From Trypanosoma brucei (Eukaryota), in the NCBI GenBank assembly GCA_000002445.1, contig CM000207.1, positions 288,001 to 352,000 on the forward strand: DNA of 64,000 nt, read 5' to 3'. The position numbers and the translations under genes are program-made. Shown here one piece after another: positions 1-12,254 of the stretch (the stretch's first letter is position 1; the number at the start of each line of letters is the position of its first letter). The notes beneath the pieces are model-generated. The model searched no databases. It saw only the letters and a list, made by a program, of their open reading frames with translations, and had not been told where the DNA came from.

Positions 1-399
1 GTTTCTACGCCATCTTCAGAAAAAAGGTATTGTACTAAAAAAGGAAAGGAAATACAGAGTGAATAATTTGTGTACTAAACACCACAGCACAGGGAAAACG
101 ATACGTGAGGCGGATGAGGAGGAGACTTTTTAACGTATTTACTAAAAAAGATATATGAAACACAGAAGATGGATGCGACTGTTGATTTAAATGTTATGCT
201 TAATCTTAATGCACATCTGTGAAGAGACAGTGGAAGAAATGTAAGTGAGAATTTGAGTAATTATGAAGTAATATTAAAGTTTTCTTCTTTCAGGTATTGT
301 AATAAGAGATAACATTTGTGGAAAACAATATAATATTTTCTGGCAGAGTATTTTTAAACTAGGTCTTATAATGCATCACTGTAGACATAAAAAAGTAAA

Positions 400-560
400 A
401 AAGTCGGATAATGATGATAATAAAGCATTCTTGTGTACAGTTAGTGGGACTTTGTGAGGTAGAAATTTTTGTGACGGTGCGCCCCCAATTCCATATTGGT
501 TTAAAGTTAATAAACTTAATGTATTCAAACAGCGTATAATTAATATAAGAGTTATCTTTC
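400..560. repeat. Degenerate 70-bp-repeat-like sequence upstream of the first VSG pseudogene
   Basis: TGA/TAA triplets (gataatgatgataataaag), a GT-rich block (ttgtgtacag...tttgtgagg) and an ...ataattaatataagag tail resemble the VSG-upstream 70-bp repeat seen more clearly at 13540-13878. The match is weak. Confidence 0.3.
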
Positions 561-805
561 GCGCGGCTCCAATGGCTCGCGTTGGAGACGCTCAGGCGGA
601 GACATTGCAATTGATAATTCCAAATTAGTGAGTCGCAAATGGCAGAATCCCAAAGCGGAGCAAGATGGCAACAAACAGGAATAAGACAGGAACAAAAGGT
701 CAATTACGTCCACTAGTAAACCACGCTACCTTTTTATTTTGAGTCAAACAGAAGCGCCAAAATCAACATGAGACAGACCCGTTAAAGTAAATAAATCTTA
801 TGCGT

Positions 806-811
<6 letters not shown>

Positions 812-838
<27 letters not shown>
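812..838. repeat. (AT)n dinucleotide microsatellite
   Basis: An uninterrupted atatat... run is visible directly in the sequence. Confidence 0.9.
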
Positions 839-841
<3 letters not shown>

Positions 842-1337
842 GAATGATGCATGTTATATTTAAAAATTGAGATTCTTTGCCATAATTTCGTGTTTGGTAC
901 AGACATAACAGAAACAGAAACTAAAAAAGCTGATCAACCTTTTATTCCAGCACCAGAAACCATCCATGTATATGCAAAACCAGTCTAATTAGAGCGAATG
1001 AAAAACAGAAAAAGAACCGGCGCACGCGTCAACCCATGAACAAACGCACACATACTCGATGTTGGACGCAAGATAACGGCGATCAGCACCATCTTGAGAG
1101 ATCAAACAGTTTTTAAACACTTCCCAACACTTGCCATCTAGAAGGACATTCAAGTTCCGAAAATGGGTAAAATATACTCCCGCTTGTGTTGCTACTGGTA
1201 TAATCACCCGTAAAAGCTCATGATTTATAGGAGCCTGTTCAAAAACAGTTTTTTCTGCTGCAAGGCACGCATAAGCCACAACCACGACTATATAAAACAA
1301 GATAGATAAAGAAAAAAGAATAAAGAATCACTCTTCA

Positions 1338-3118
1338 ATGAACTGTTTCAGCGTGATTCTGACAGAAGCAGCAATAATTTATACCGCGATAGCGTTCGCT
1401 AGAGGCCAACCAGACAACACCAACACTATAGGAAACACGGCAACTACATGGTGCGATGACTTGCACTACACTGAGGCGCTAATGAAAGACTTGAGAGACG
1501 AAGCAGAACAACGGCTAACGGTTCTGACGCACGACAACGATATGCTACAAGCCTGGACCATTTCTTTCTACAACGCAAAAGTGGAAACGGAAAAAAGGTG
1601 GTTCGCCTTTTTGCTTTCCTACGGCATGCCAGTTGCAGGAGACAACAGAAAAAACTACAACAACTTCAAATCGCAATCAACGAAGACAGTGTAACACGTA
1701 ACAGCGAAAGCGCATTACTTACGGCAGGCGGAAACGGTAGCGACACATGGGCAACCTGCGTTTGGCACGACAGCACAGACAAGCTGAAACTCAAACACCA
1801 ACCCACAATAATTTAGCTACGAAAGGTCTTAAATGACTTTATTTAGCAGAAGAATTTCTACTTTTACCGGCGTAATTGCGGCGCTGATCCTGATCTTTCA
1901 GGGAGCACAAGCTAGCACCGGAAACGAAGTGACCAAATAGAACACACCGTGCGACTCTGCTCATTACCTAATCAAACTCGCTGCGGAAGCTGACTCAAAA
2001 CTGCGGGACTTGTTGGAAAAAGCGGCAGAAGCACAGGATGAACAGCAAACAATTGATCTATACTCGGCGACAGCTGATGTGGGAGCAAACAGACCAGCCC
2101 TGGCCTGGCTGCTAGATAACGCATCACGCCGCGTGGCGACGTTAGCGAAGGAAGCTGTAACATGCAGGAAAGCAGTAGCAGAGCTCACAAGAACACTCCA
2201 CATCGAAGCGGGACGCAAATGGCTACTAGCAGATGCCACACAGATCAGCTCCAAAACGGGAACGGAAACAGCGATGTCAACAACAGCCAGCGGTGACTCG
2301 GTCGCAGCGCATCTCAAGCTCGACAAGCTAACTGACAAAACATGTGCCCAAGCATACTCAAAGCAAGCCGGCGACACCAAGAATGACCCAGTCGTTGTGG
2401 CCCTGGAGCAAATCAAAGTGCACAAGCTCGAAGGCAAAGACGCCGCCGAAACCACAAACAACGTCTGCAAAGTCTCATTTGACGGTGCCGAGTGCAGCAC
2501 CGACCCAAACAACATCAAAGTTTCAACGGCAACAACGGCACTTTTCAAAGCCACAGAACATACTCAAGTAACGGTCAAACCAGGCGGCAGCAAAAACGCG
2601 CGAGACGACAGTCCCCAAGGGCTAAAGAAAGAATTGGAAGAACACGCAAAAAATTTATAATACCGGCTCTACAACTTTCTAAAAAACAAACCATGCGACA
2701 CAGATATGGCCTCCATCCGTAACATGGAACTTGTACAAAACGATGAATGTTTTAGGAAAGCAGTTCTGATAGAGTTACAAGGCCTGAATCCAAATATGAT
2801 GCAGGCAATGATTCACAATCCAAAGCCACAACAAGCGGCATAAAAAGCATGTTCGGCGATAGTGAGACAGAATTCAATGCTAAGATATGGGAGAAGGTGA
2901 AGGCGAACACAGTAAAACAAAAAATAGTCGGAAAAGACATTGAAAGCAAAATCGAACAACTTTCTACCGACACCAACAGAGGACTAGTTCTAGCGTACTA
3001 TGCCTCTCAAAGGAAAAACAAGCCAACATGTGACACAGAGGCCTCCACACAAAAATCACAACAATGCGTAAGCCACAAAACACCAGAACACTGTCAAAAA
3101 GAAGGCTGTTATTTTGAT
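1338..3118 (+). pseudogene. Variant surface glycoprotein (VSG) pseudogene, frameshifted and 3'-truncated by an ingi insertion
   Basis: ORFs at 1338-1694 (hydrophobic signal-peptide-like N-terminus), 2010-2660 and 2849-3190 are collinear on the plus strand but lie in frames 0, 0 and 2, with a frame-2 ORF (1598-1816) in between. The last segment carries a Cys-rich VSG C-terminal-domain pattern (CDTEASTQKSQQCVSHKTPEHCQKEGCYFD). The coding sequence breaks at the ingi target-site duplication (3107-3118) and resumes after 8385. Confidence 0.75.
3107..3118. repeat. Target-site duplication of the ingi insertion, left copy (TGTTATTTTGAT)
   Basis: A 12-bp string identical to 8374-8385 immediately flanks the element termini. 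Confidence 0.85.
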
Positions 3119-3389
3119 TTTTTTTGGAATTTTCTTCGTGCCTTTGAGAGAGTTTCCCCCCACTGGCGCGGCCATCAGCTATCACCGTAGAGCCCTGAGA
3201 TGCTATCGGTCTGGCGACTGTGGCAGAGTCTCCCTTTTTTATTCATCCTAATACACTCTCTCTATAACGTTTTGTTGTAGCTCCGCAGTTGAACGGAATA
3301 CAGCAGATGGGGCGAGAAGCCCCCCACCCCGGACTCTCCAAAAGATGTCAATTAGCAATCCTTTTGTTTTGATTTTTGTTATTCGTTTA

Positions 3390-4501
3390 TTATTCTCTCC
3401 CCCTTTTTATGTTTTTGTTGCTTGTTGACTGCATACCCCCTCTGTCTCTGAGGGTGTCTGGACTATTCCTGCATCCGGTGCTTTTCCTGCTAGCTCCACA
3501 CTCGGCAATAAGGGGGGAAGTTGCAGAAGGGAGAGTGGGTTGTATGACTGTTACCTTAGGTGAGGACTTCACCTGCGGCCGGCTCCGTTCAACCGCAATG
3601 AGAAACTGCGCCAGCCTTTTGGAGAAGCATATATCCTGCACACACTCACCTTCCACCGCAAACCTGACACGTAACTCCTTCAAACCGGGACAGCTCATCG
3701 AGTGCAGCGACGTTTCTTCACAGTCGCCGCGTTGGCTGGTAACAGCGCGCTCTACCTTCATACCGTGCATCTTCTTTTGATGTAGGGTGAGGCCAGTTTT
3801 GCTAGCACACTGCCTTCCGCATGTCGGGCACACCAACATGGATGCATTTGTATGCGGGGAATCAGTGGCACAAAATTTTTTGCTTTTGCTGCATTTAAGC
3901 TCGACACCCTCACCTTTGTGGAAAGCCTTACAGTGTCGGATGAGGGAGTCCCTGCAACTGAGCACTTTTTGGCACACACCACACTGCACCTCGCCTTTCC
4001 CCTGGGGACGTTAACGTTTCCCTCACGGGCACGCTTACGAGGGAATTGCACCACCACCACGGTACCGTCCTCCGTCACTATGCTCTTATGTTTGAATTTC
4101 TTGTCTAGTGACAGGGAAGAGCGTGTACCGAAACTCGCCTCACACAGGTCACATTGAAACGGCAGCTTCCGTGTATCCTGAGGGGCTGGCGCTGCTGGGG
4201 CGCTACCATCTCCTTGCACTGAGTCCTCGTTCTCTCGCTCCCTTTTCACGCGGCAACTACCGCTGCCTATGCCATGTATTGTTCTAAGGTGGTGTAATAG
4301 TCGGCCTGGCACTGCGAATTTGGAGGCACAGAGGGTACAATGAAGAACCTGCGGTCTCATCGGGACTCGTGTGTTCGATGGTAGAGGAACGATCACCACC
4401 ACTGGAGGGGGCTCCGGGGGGATATCCACTGCAGGTGTTGCATCGCCGTATTTGATCCTCCGGAGGGCATCAGCTCGCACAAAGCCATGTTTGTTTACCA
4501 T
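3390..4501 (-). CDS. ingi ORF C-terminal fragments with C2H2 zinc fingers
   Basis: Zinc-finger patterns CTLCASKF...HHLRTIH, FQCDLCEASF...KFKH, CPTCGRQCASKTGLTLHQKKMHG and CGVCQKVLSCRDSLIRHCKAFH occur in two overlapping frames, 3758-4501 and 3390-3989. Confidence 0.7.
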
Positions 4502-4756
4502 GCGCGTTACAGCACTCGAGCGGCATTGGTATATGGCATCACATTCCGTACATTTGGTCGGTTCGGAGGTTCTCTGAAGAGTGCGTGTCGCAACAGTTGG
4601 GACCGTTTGTATTGTTTGCCCTATCTCTGCATGTTGCGGGTTGCACCATCGGCACTGTGGGAGCGCACTCGGGTTGATCTTTCACAACATCCATCCATAG
4701 TGCCTTGAAGACCCAACCCGAAAGCGTGCCAGTGCCGTTTCTTCTTCCATCGTTAA

Positions 4757-6886
4757 TTATTCCTTATGTTTTGTTGTAAAGTGGTTGCCCGTGATACCAA
4801 ACCTATGAGTGTTCTCATGGACTTCTTCCGACCTAAGCACTCGCTTCGCATAAGCAATGATGTCGGGGATCCATGTGTCTCGCAACTGTGGTAAATCAGC
4901 GGCCTTTTTGGCCATTTCATCACAAACCTCATTCCGTTTCACGCCACAATGGCCAAACACAAATTGCAGTCGGATACGTATCTTCCTTCTCTGAACTTGA
5001 AGCAGAAGCCTCCATAGTCGTCTCAGAATTGGGTCCGTTACGGCTAGGGGGCCTGTCTGCAGTGCTGTTAACATTGACAGCGAGTCAGAGAAGATGGACA
5101 ACCTGCTCTGTGTGCTTCTGTATGCCGGAAGCCATTTCAGCAGCCGTTGCAGTCCTATCTCTAATGCTACGCATTCCGCTCTGTAACTGCATGAGAGTTC
5201 CTCTGCTCCGGTCTTGGGTGCACAAATCAGCGTGTTGTTTCTATAGAGCAGGGCAGCTGCTCCGGACTTCTCACCGAGGGACACGGATCCATCAGTCCAC
5301 AATTCGTAGTGCTCTCGCCGCGGTGGCTCCTTCCCCCTCCGTGCAAAATGCCGTGCAATCCACTTTTCGGAAGCCTCCCTTTTGACATCATCAGGGTCAT
5401 CAGCGCATACGGGCTTTATCTGCGTGTGAAATAGCGGTCGGCAGCTGTGGCGGAGCGTCGATGTCTCTAGTGGGTGCTCGCGTGGCTCAATGTGGAGGTG
5501 GGGATAGGACCACATGATGCGGGATTGTAGGGCTCTGACCGTATGTTTACTGTGGTATACTTCCTCAGCACTGCGGCGCAAACATCCGCCTCGTGACTCA
5601 CACATCAGCATGAATTTCATGCTGCGCACAAGAGTGGCCGTCTTGAGTAGCAGGAGGTTTGCTTCCAGCACAGAGTTCTCTTTGCGCGTCCCATGCGGTA
5701 TGCCGGCTATGATGCGACTGGCTTTGTGTTGTGCTGATGCAAGGAGGTCGCGACTTCGTTCCGAAGCGTCCCAGTACCATACCTCAATACCATACATGGT
5801 GTGTGCCTGTACGAGTGCTAGATAAAAAGCTCTCAGTACTTGTTGTCTTGGCCCCCATGTAGAAGCTGAGATGGCTACTATCTGCAGTAGTCTGAAGTCC
5901 ATCTTGCGTCTCGTTTCGGTCGCATGTGTTGCCATCCCCTGCAGACACTGGAATGTTACTCCTAGAAGCTTCGGTGTCCTGTCAGCTCCTATTCTTTCGC
6001 CGTCCAGTTGTAATGTAAGGGGGTGGCGCTCTGTACACCCGAAGAGTGTGCACTTTGTTTTCGCTACGTTGACAGACATGAAGTACTCTTTTGACCACTG
6101 TAACACCACGTTTAGGCCGCATTACAGCGTGTGGTTGATGACATCCCTCTCTGTGTGCCTCGCAAGTAGCGTTAGGTCGTCTGCAAAGAATCCGTGCTGC
6201 AGTAACGGCACTTCTGCAAGGCGTTGGCTCAACGAGTTCATGACAATAATGAACATGATTGGGCCAAGGACAGTTCCTTGTGGCACTCCTCGCTCAAATG
6301 TTCTGCTTCTGGAAAGCTTCTCCTTGAATCTCACTCTGCCAGTTCGGTTACTCAGAAATGATACGCACCACTTCACAATGTGGGGTGATACCTTCATTCT
6401 GTGCATTTCCCTCGCAATTTTGTCGTGGTCTACTGTATAAAATGTCTTCTCGTAGTCAACGAATACAGCACCCGTACGATATTGGTGCGTGGGACGGCAG
6501 AGGGCAGCACGGACGTGCAGGAGTTGTTCGAGCGTTGAGCATCCGGGGCGAAAGCCTGATTGCTGCGGCGTCAGCTGGGACTCAACAGTGTCTCTAAGCC
6601 TCGCGGCAATTATGCGCTCCATGACTTTGCAGAGACAGCTCGTGAGCGTCACAGCTCTGTAAGAATCGAGGTCCTCCGCCTTTTTTCCGGCCTTCAGGAT
6701 GGGGATGATAACACCAGTCTTCCATGCAGGCGGCACGACTCCCGTTCGTAGGCTCTTATTGAATAGCTTCAGCAAAACATTCAGCGCTGTTCTACCGAGA
6801 TGTTGCAGTGCCTCGTTGTATAAGCAATCAGGTCCGGCTGCGGATCCACTCGGTAGCAGTTTGATCGATCTCCTTAGTTCAGCCAT
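4757..6886 (-). CDS. ingi ORF fragments: reverse transcriptase (6122-6886 and 4757-6109) plus RNase H
   Basis: RT motifs include LCKVMERIIAARL, QSGFRPGCST, VFVDYEKTF and FADDLTLL (the YxDD-box variant). The RNase H-like stretch is WTDGSV...SYRAECVALEIGL...FSDSLSML. The region is split into two ORFs by a frameshift. Confidence 0.8.
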
Positions 6887-6967
6887 CGTGATGGGACTGA
6901 ACTCACTCGCTATCGTCTTTACTGGTGCTGGTGGGTGTGAGTCGGGGTGCCTTCTTGCGCGGGACGA

Positions 6968-8365
6968 TTACAGCTTACTGAACTTCTCAGCTTGACGGCA
7001 GTCCGTGATGGTCGCGTTATCGACAAGTACAGCCGGTGTGGTTAGTGGTCGTGGCGCATATACTTTCTTGACAATGTGCCAACTGCAGCGGTCTGACACC
7101 GCAAGTCTGGAGCATAGCGTGCTCCATCTCTTCTTTGTGGTACGGTCCAGGATCTGCTTACGCGTGGCTACCAACTTTTCCCTTCGGTGGGAGGGTCCGC
7201 ATCCAGCGATCTCTTCATCGAGTTTCGCGAGCTCAGGTGTCCAATGTGGTGGCGTTGCTCTGCAGCCACGGGGGACGGAGACCTTCGTCGCAACGCGGAT
7301 TTCGGAGCTCAATTTCTGTTCCAGGGTGTTGACATTCTTCTCTCTACCAATTTTCCTACAGAGGTCGTCAACCTTGAGACGGAAATTCCTCCAGTCAGCT
7401 TTCAGCCATACGTACATGGGCTTTCGAGGCCGCGGGCAACTCAGTGCATCTGTGCCGTCTCCAACGATAACGTCAAAAAATATGTGATGGTGATCGCTAT
7501 CGGGAGAATACAGCGATGTCCACGTGTACACTGTGCAATTCCTTGACAGTGTCACATCAGGGGTGGACTCCCCGTGGTGGCGCGCGTACCTGGTGCACTC
7601 ACCAGTGTTGCAGACCAGAAACTGGTTGTCAATGCACCACTGTGTGAGGGTTTCACCCTTGGTATTTGGTGGGCTCGCGCGATCCCATGCCAACGCGTGT
7701 GCGTTAGCGTCTGCACCGATGAGCTGGGCACCGTCAGTCATCAGAAGCGTATCTAGGTCAGTTGCCGTGAAGGTGTGTTTTGGTGGGATGTATGCCGACG
7801 TGACAGTCAGCGCCGTTTCACTTGCAAGGTGAATTGTTGCATGCACTTGTTCAATGCGACTAACAACGGTCATACCGCTCTCGACTGGTAGGTCCTCCCT
7901 CACTAGTATTGATACACCACCTCCTTTGCAGTTACGAGCTATTCCGTGATGTTGGTAGCCAGCAACGCTAAAGCAAACCGCCTCTCCAGGCGTCATCCTT
8001 GTCTCGCTCAACGGACAAAAGGCGATCCGCTCATCAACAAGGGTTTTGTGGAGTGCTAATCTCTTTCCTTGAGATAGCCCGGCGCAGTTCCACTGTATCC
8101 CGCGCAACGACGGGCCGGGATTCTCTTCCACATCACCGGACAGCAACATCTTAGTGCGGATGATACTGCTGATGACACACTGGCACGTGCCCAGGGACCG
8201 ACAAATGAAGAACGGTGTCCCAGCAAGACGCTGCTGATCCCTGTGCTGTATGATGCCGTAGCCGGAGCACAGCAGTGTTCCCCATGAAAGGAACGCTTCT
8301 GACTCTTGGCTTACCCCGATGATACGGGGTACTGGACCCTGGCACCACGTTGAGGTGGCCGGCAT
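6968..8365 (-). CDS. ingi ORF fragment: N-terminal 2A-like motif plus apurinic/apyrimidinic-type endonuclease domain
   Basis: The ATG sits inside the element terminus (LAMPATSTWCQGP). DVEENPGP lies at 8111-8134. Endonuclease-like motifs present include IQWNCAGL, VSILVRED and LTVTSAYIPP. The ORF then breaks by frameshift. Confidence 0.8.
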   Translation of the reverse strand: MPATSTWCQGPVPRIIGVSQESEAFLSWGTLLCSGYGIIQHRDQQRLAGTPFFICRSLGTCQCVISSIIRTKMLLSGDVEENPGPSLRGIQWNCAGLSQGKRLALHKTLVDERIAFCPLSETRMTPGEAVCFSVAGYQHHGIARNCKGGGVSILVREDLPVESGMTVVSRIEQVHATIHLASETALTVTSAYIPPKHTFTATDLDTLLMTDGAQLIGADANAHALAWDRASPPNTKGETLTQWCIDNQFLVCNTGECTRYARHHGESTPDVTLSRNCTVYTWTSLYSPDSDHHHIFFDVIVGDGTDALSCPRPRKPMYVWLKADWRNFRLKVDDLCRKIGREKNVNTLEQKLSSEIRVATKVSVPRGCRATPPHWTPELAKLDEEIAGCGPSHRREKLVATRKQILDRTTKKRWSTLCSRLAVSDRCSWHIVKKVYAPRPLTTPAVLVDNATITDCRQAEKFSKL

Positions 8366-8373
8366 CGCCAGGG

Positions 8374-8385
8374 TGTTATTTTGAT
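8374..8385. repeat. Target-site duplication of the ingi insertion, right copy (TGTTATTTTGAT)
   Basis: Identical to 3107-3118. Confidence 0.85.
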
Positions 8386-8774
8386 GAAAACAAAACGCCA
8401 AAATGTTTTCCAAAAGAGAGCAAAGAAGACAAGAAAAATGGGCATAATGGGAAAACGTAAACTAAAAACACCACAGGAAACACTTCTTTTGTCATTCATA
8501 TGACCCCTCTTTTGCTTGCGCTTTTGATTCTATAATTTAAATTCTAAATTATTTTTTCCAATTTTCTCAAATTTTATATTTTGAGAGAATTGCTATATTT
8601 GTGATATTTTAAAGTTGTTGATGAAAATGTGCAAATTCGTTTAATTTTTTTAAAAATGCGACATGTGTGCATGATAGCTATCTATCGGTGTAAAGTACTA
8701 TGGTGACAGGTTATGGAAAATTAGTGCTTTTCTACTTTGTTTATATAGTTTATTTTATGGATATTAGTCAGGAT

Positions 8775-8850
8775 TATAATAGTAAGGATACGGATAGAAA
8801 AGTGTTGTGAGTGCGTATGTACAAATAATATAGTAATATAGTTGGTGAAG
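8775..8850. repeat. Single degenerate VSG-upstream 70-bp repeat
   Basis: The string gtgttgtgagtgcgtatgtacaaataatatagtaatatag resembles the GT-rich plus AT-rich core of the 70-bp repeat. Confidence 0.5.
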
Positions 8851-10346
8851 CCTTAGTAAACGACCAAAAAGTGACTAAACTAATAACAATGAGAATATTT
8901 GAGAGTACTGGACAGTGATTAATGAGTAGAAAAAAAATATTATAAAGGAAAAACAGAAAGACAAAGAGGTGTAAAAATAGAGATGGCATAAGCGTATTTT
9001 TAAACGAAAACATGACGATGTGTATTATTATGGTATAACTGAAATACGAAACAGTGGAGCAGCTAATGAAAGACGAATAATTCGTTAAATATGTGTTTTT
9101 AAGTTAATCCAGTCATCTGAGAGAGACAATCGAGAAGCATGCAATTGCACAAAAACCTTGCAAAACAAAAACAACACCAAATTTGCAAAATGTGGAAGGA
9201 AACATATGAATGCGGCTAAACACCAAAATAAAAGCGCTTTTGTATAAAAAAAATGCAACAGCAGTGAGATTTAATGGTGACCAGGTAAAGGAAAATTGAA
9301 AAAGTTATTAGACAGAATAAAGCTTTTCATTGTTTCCTAGACTGACAGAATGTGAAGATGCGAAAATTCAGCTCAAATTGAAAATTTAGTGTGTTATAAA
9401 AGACATAGCTTAAAGCATGAAAATTGCTTTTATGTTAAAAGATAAAAACCGCTAGTAAATACTCACTTCAAATAAACACTTCGTCCCCTTAAACATTTTT
9501 GTACAGTTAAGCCTAGAAGACAGCAAAAAGGACGACAATGAAATTGGGCTTACACAAGCAGAAAGATTGCACGTGAACAACAATCGCCGTATTGAAACAG
9601 TTTTACGTACTACCACAAAAACAATTCAGTAACAAAACATCACGGAAACAATCTGGACACCAGCGAACCAGCAATATACGAGGCAAAGTTAAAACCCAAA
9701 CTTACGATGGTGTCTGGGACAATTCACGAACTCGCTAAGAACCAAAAGCAAACAACTCTAAAACCGAAGAGGAGAGTCGTTTTTACACATAAATAGGTAA
9801 TATCTGCAGCGGCAATTAGTAGTTGAGCTTTGCACAGAGACATAATGCGAACATACTGTTGAGTAGAAATAACCATGGGTTCAACCAAAGCATCAGAGAA
9901 CCTGTATGCGCTATTTTCAAGCGGAAGGTATCGTCCAATTTAAATTTAGCAGCAAACAGAAGCATCGGGTGACTACAGCGGGCAGACTCATAGCTATTAC
10001 AAGTCTGTAAATGTTATAACCCACTTTGAGCCCTCTTTTGTGTGACATAATACTATAAGAGAGCAAAGGTTCAATTCAACCTCAATACAACTGTGTAAGC
10101 AGACATCAACAGTAGGTTCACAGACTCTGAACAAAGCACCACCGTGAACGTAGATGGCAACGATCCTCGCCATATATATTCTCTTCTTTGCACAAATAAC
10201 CTCTCTCAGTTTTCAATACCACCGATGCTACCATACCAAAAAATACTATCGAAATACATTTGCTAACGCTAATACAACATGAAAAGCAACCCTACTTACT
10301 ATTCCAGATCCAACTGAGCCAGCTAAGGGAAGCTAGAAGTGAGAAA

Positions 10347-11895
10347 ATGCGGTATTCAGCACTGCACAGTTGCCTCTGGGCCATGTTTCTCTTACTTTTC
10401 CATGAACTAAATGTGGACGCGACTTCAAAAGGCGCGATAAATGGCGACAAGTGAAAACCGCTGTGCACACTAACCAAGGACGCAGTCAAAGTGTATAACC
10501 GTGCACTCAAGCTCCAAAAATTAATTAGGGACTACACCAAAGCGGCCAGCAAGCTGACTGTAGCAGCAATCGCTGCAGCGGAGAAGCTGCAAAGCACAGA
10601 CGCCACCGCGGCAACAATAGGACTTGTGGCTGAGATAAGAGAGCAGCTGAAAGCAAACAACCAAAAGTCGGAAGGTTCTACAAAGTGGCCGTAGAAACAC
10701 CGGCCTTCATGGGCTACACGCACGGACTGATAGCCGAATTCTTAGAAATAATGGGCCACAACAGAGGAGCATCGAACTACGGGTGCCTAGCAAAACTAAG
10801 CTCCCCGAATTCGCCGGCCACCGAAGCAGCAGCAGCACTATTATCGACCTGCAAAATCAAGCCGGATGACATAACAGCAGGAAGCGAACCGACGGCAGTG
10901 CTGACCAAAGCAGGTTTTGTCGGTATGGACGAAGGCACAGGCCTCGTCGCCGGTGTTCTCACGACCGGCGGCAACGAACACTGTGACCTAACGTCAGCCA
11001 CAGCAAGTGCCTTAAACTCAGACACAGGAATACAAGAAGATATTCCGTTCGCAGACGGCTATTTCCTAAAAGGGCCAACCAACACTGCTCAAACAAGTCA
11101 CCCCATAAATTCGCTGTCAAAACAAAGGGAGGAACTCCCAAACAAGGGCCAAAATCAACAATATGTGAGGCTGTGTGACAAGTACGTCCAACTGGAGAAA
11201 TGTGAAGCGGCTTTCAAAGAGGGGTTTTCGAGACCCGAAGCAGAGACACTCAAACAGTCAGGAGCAGTATTAACAGCCCTGAAAAACATAATCGACAACA
11301 AAAGCGGCGAATATGACCCGAGTAAAGACGGCGGCCAGATCAAGACCATGGCTGAGAAATTGTTCAAACCCGGCGTGGACAACTACCCAGAAAAGCTATA
11401 CAAGGAAGTACAAGCAAAGACGTTGACAAAAATACTGATGGCGGGCAACACAGCAACGAGCCTGGCGGAACTGGAAACCCCAATAGACCTGCAAATCGCA
11501 CAAATATACTATATACAACGCAAGATCGATGGTTTTACCGCAAAAACTAAAGGAAGCTGAGAAACAGCTTTCCAAGGCTAAACTGGGTGATTATGGAGCA
11601 GCCGCAGCAGAAGATGCCTGCAATAAACTAGATGGCGAACAAAAATGCAGTTACGAAACGGCAAGTGATGGGACTAAAAAGTGTACATATAATGCAAGCA
11701 AAGCAAAAGCAAACAACGTCCCTGTAGCACGAACTCAAACAGAATCGGCTGAAAAAACAACAAAGAAATGTAAAGGTAATAAAATGGATGACTGCAAGTA
11801 TCCGGATTGTAATTAGGAAGGTAAAACTTGCAAAGACTCTAGTTTTCTCTTCAATACGAAAACGACTCTGATGGCTGCAACTTTTCTGTTTTTTT
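10347..11895 (+). pseudogene. VSG pseudogene with multiple frameshifts and an in-frame stop before the GPI signal
   Basis: A signal-peptide start MRYSALHSCLWAMFLLLF lies at 10347. Collinear ORF pieces follow at 10491-10694, 10685-11560 and 11529-11816. A VSG C-terminal-domain segment (...CNKLDGEQKCSYETASDGTKKCTYNASKAK...) is followed by a TAG and then a GPI-signal-like tail (KDSSFLFNTKTTLMAATFLF). Confidence 0.8.
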
Positions 11896-12254
11896 TTAAA
11901 TTTTTTCACCCTCTATTTCCTTGCTGAAATTTAATATATTTTAACAACTGAAAGTTTCCCGGAAATAGTGTAGTTTTGTAAGTTTGTGATTCTGCAAAGT
12001 TTTTATGATAGCTAAAAAAATTTCTCTATTTTTCACATTTTTTAGAATTTTTTCAGGGTTATGATTTTTTAGAATTTATAGGGTTAGGTTTTTTCAAGGG
12101 CTTTTTAATTTTCGACTTTGTTTAATTTTGTGTCTTTTGGAGCATTTTTTATTTTTTCCTTCGTTTTTTCGGTTTTTTATTTTTGTCCAACTTTTTTAAA
12201 TCTTTTTTTTAATTTTAGGAGAAACAAAACCGATCAACAAGCTGAAAAGAGACT

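Larger units (their letters stand above)
3119..8373 (-). mobile_element. ingi non-LTR (LINE-like) retrotransposon, full length (about 5.25 kb) with a frameshifted ORF
   Basis: The reverse complement of 8341-8373 is CCCTGGCGATGCCGGCCACCTCAACGTGGTGCC, the RIME/ingi 5' terminus as I recall it. A T-run at 3119-3125 corresponds to the 3' poly(A) on the minus strand. The minus-strand ORFs encode APE-type endonuclease, reverse transcriptase, RNase H and C2H2 zinc fingers in the ingi order. The length of 5255 bp fits ingi. A perfect 12-bp TSD flanks the element. Confidence 0.9.

Noticed and set aside
359-1300. Two minus-strand ORFs (114 and 103 aa) upstream of the first VSG pseudogene.
   Set aside because: The sequence is low complexity (poly-Ile and poly-Val stretches). 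It is AT-rich and microsatellite-bearing. I recognised no family.
1964-2554. Antisense ORFs inside VSG genes, here 196 aa. Others lie at 16154-16882 and 21577-22272 on the minus strand.
   Set aside because: Ala/Ser/Thr-rich VSG coding sequence yields long open antisense frames. The sense strand has the recognisable VSG architecture, and the antisense ORFs have none.
4873-5385. Plus-strand ORFs inside the ingi element, here 170 aa. Others lie at 5514-5825, 5871-6440 and 7005-7832.
   Set aside because: They are opposite to the retroelement's RT, endonuclease and RNase H frames and carry no motifs. They are spurious.
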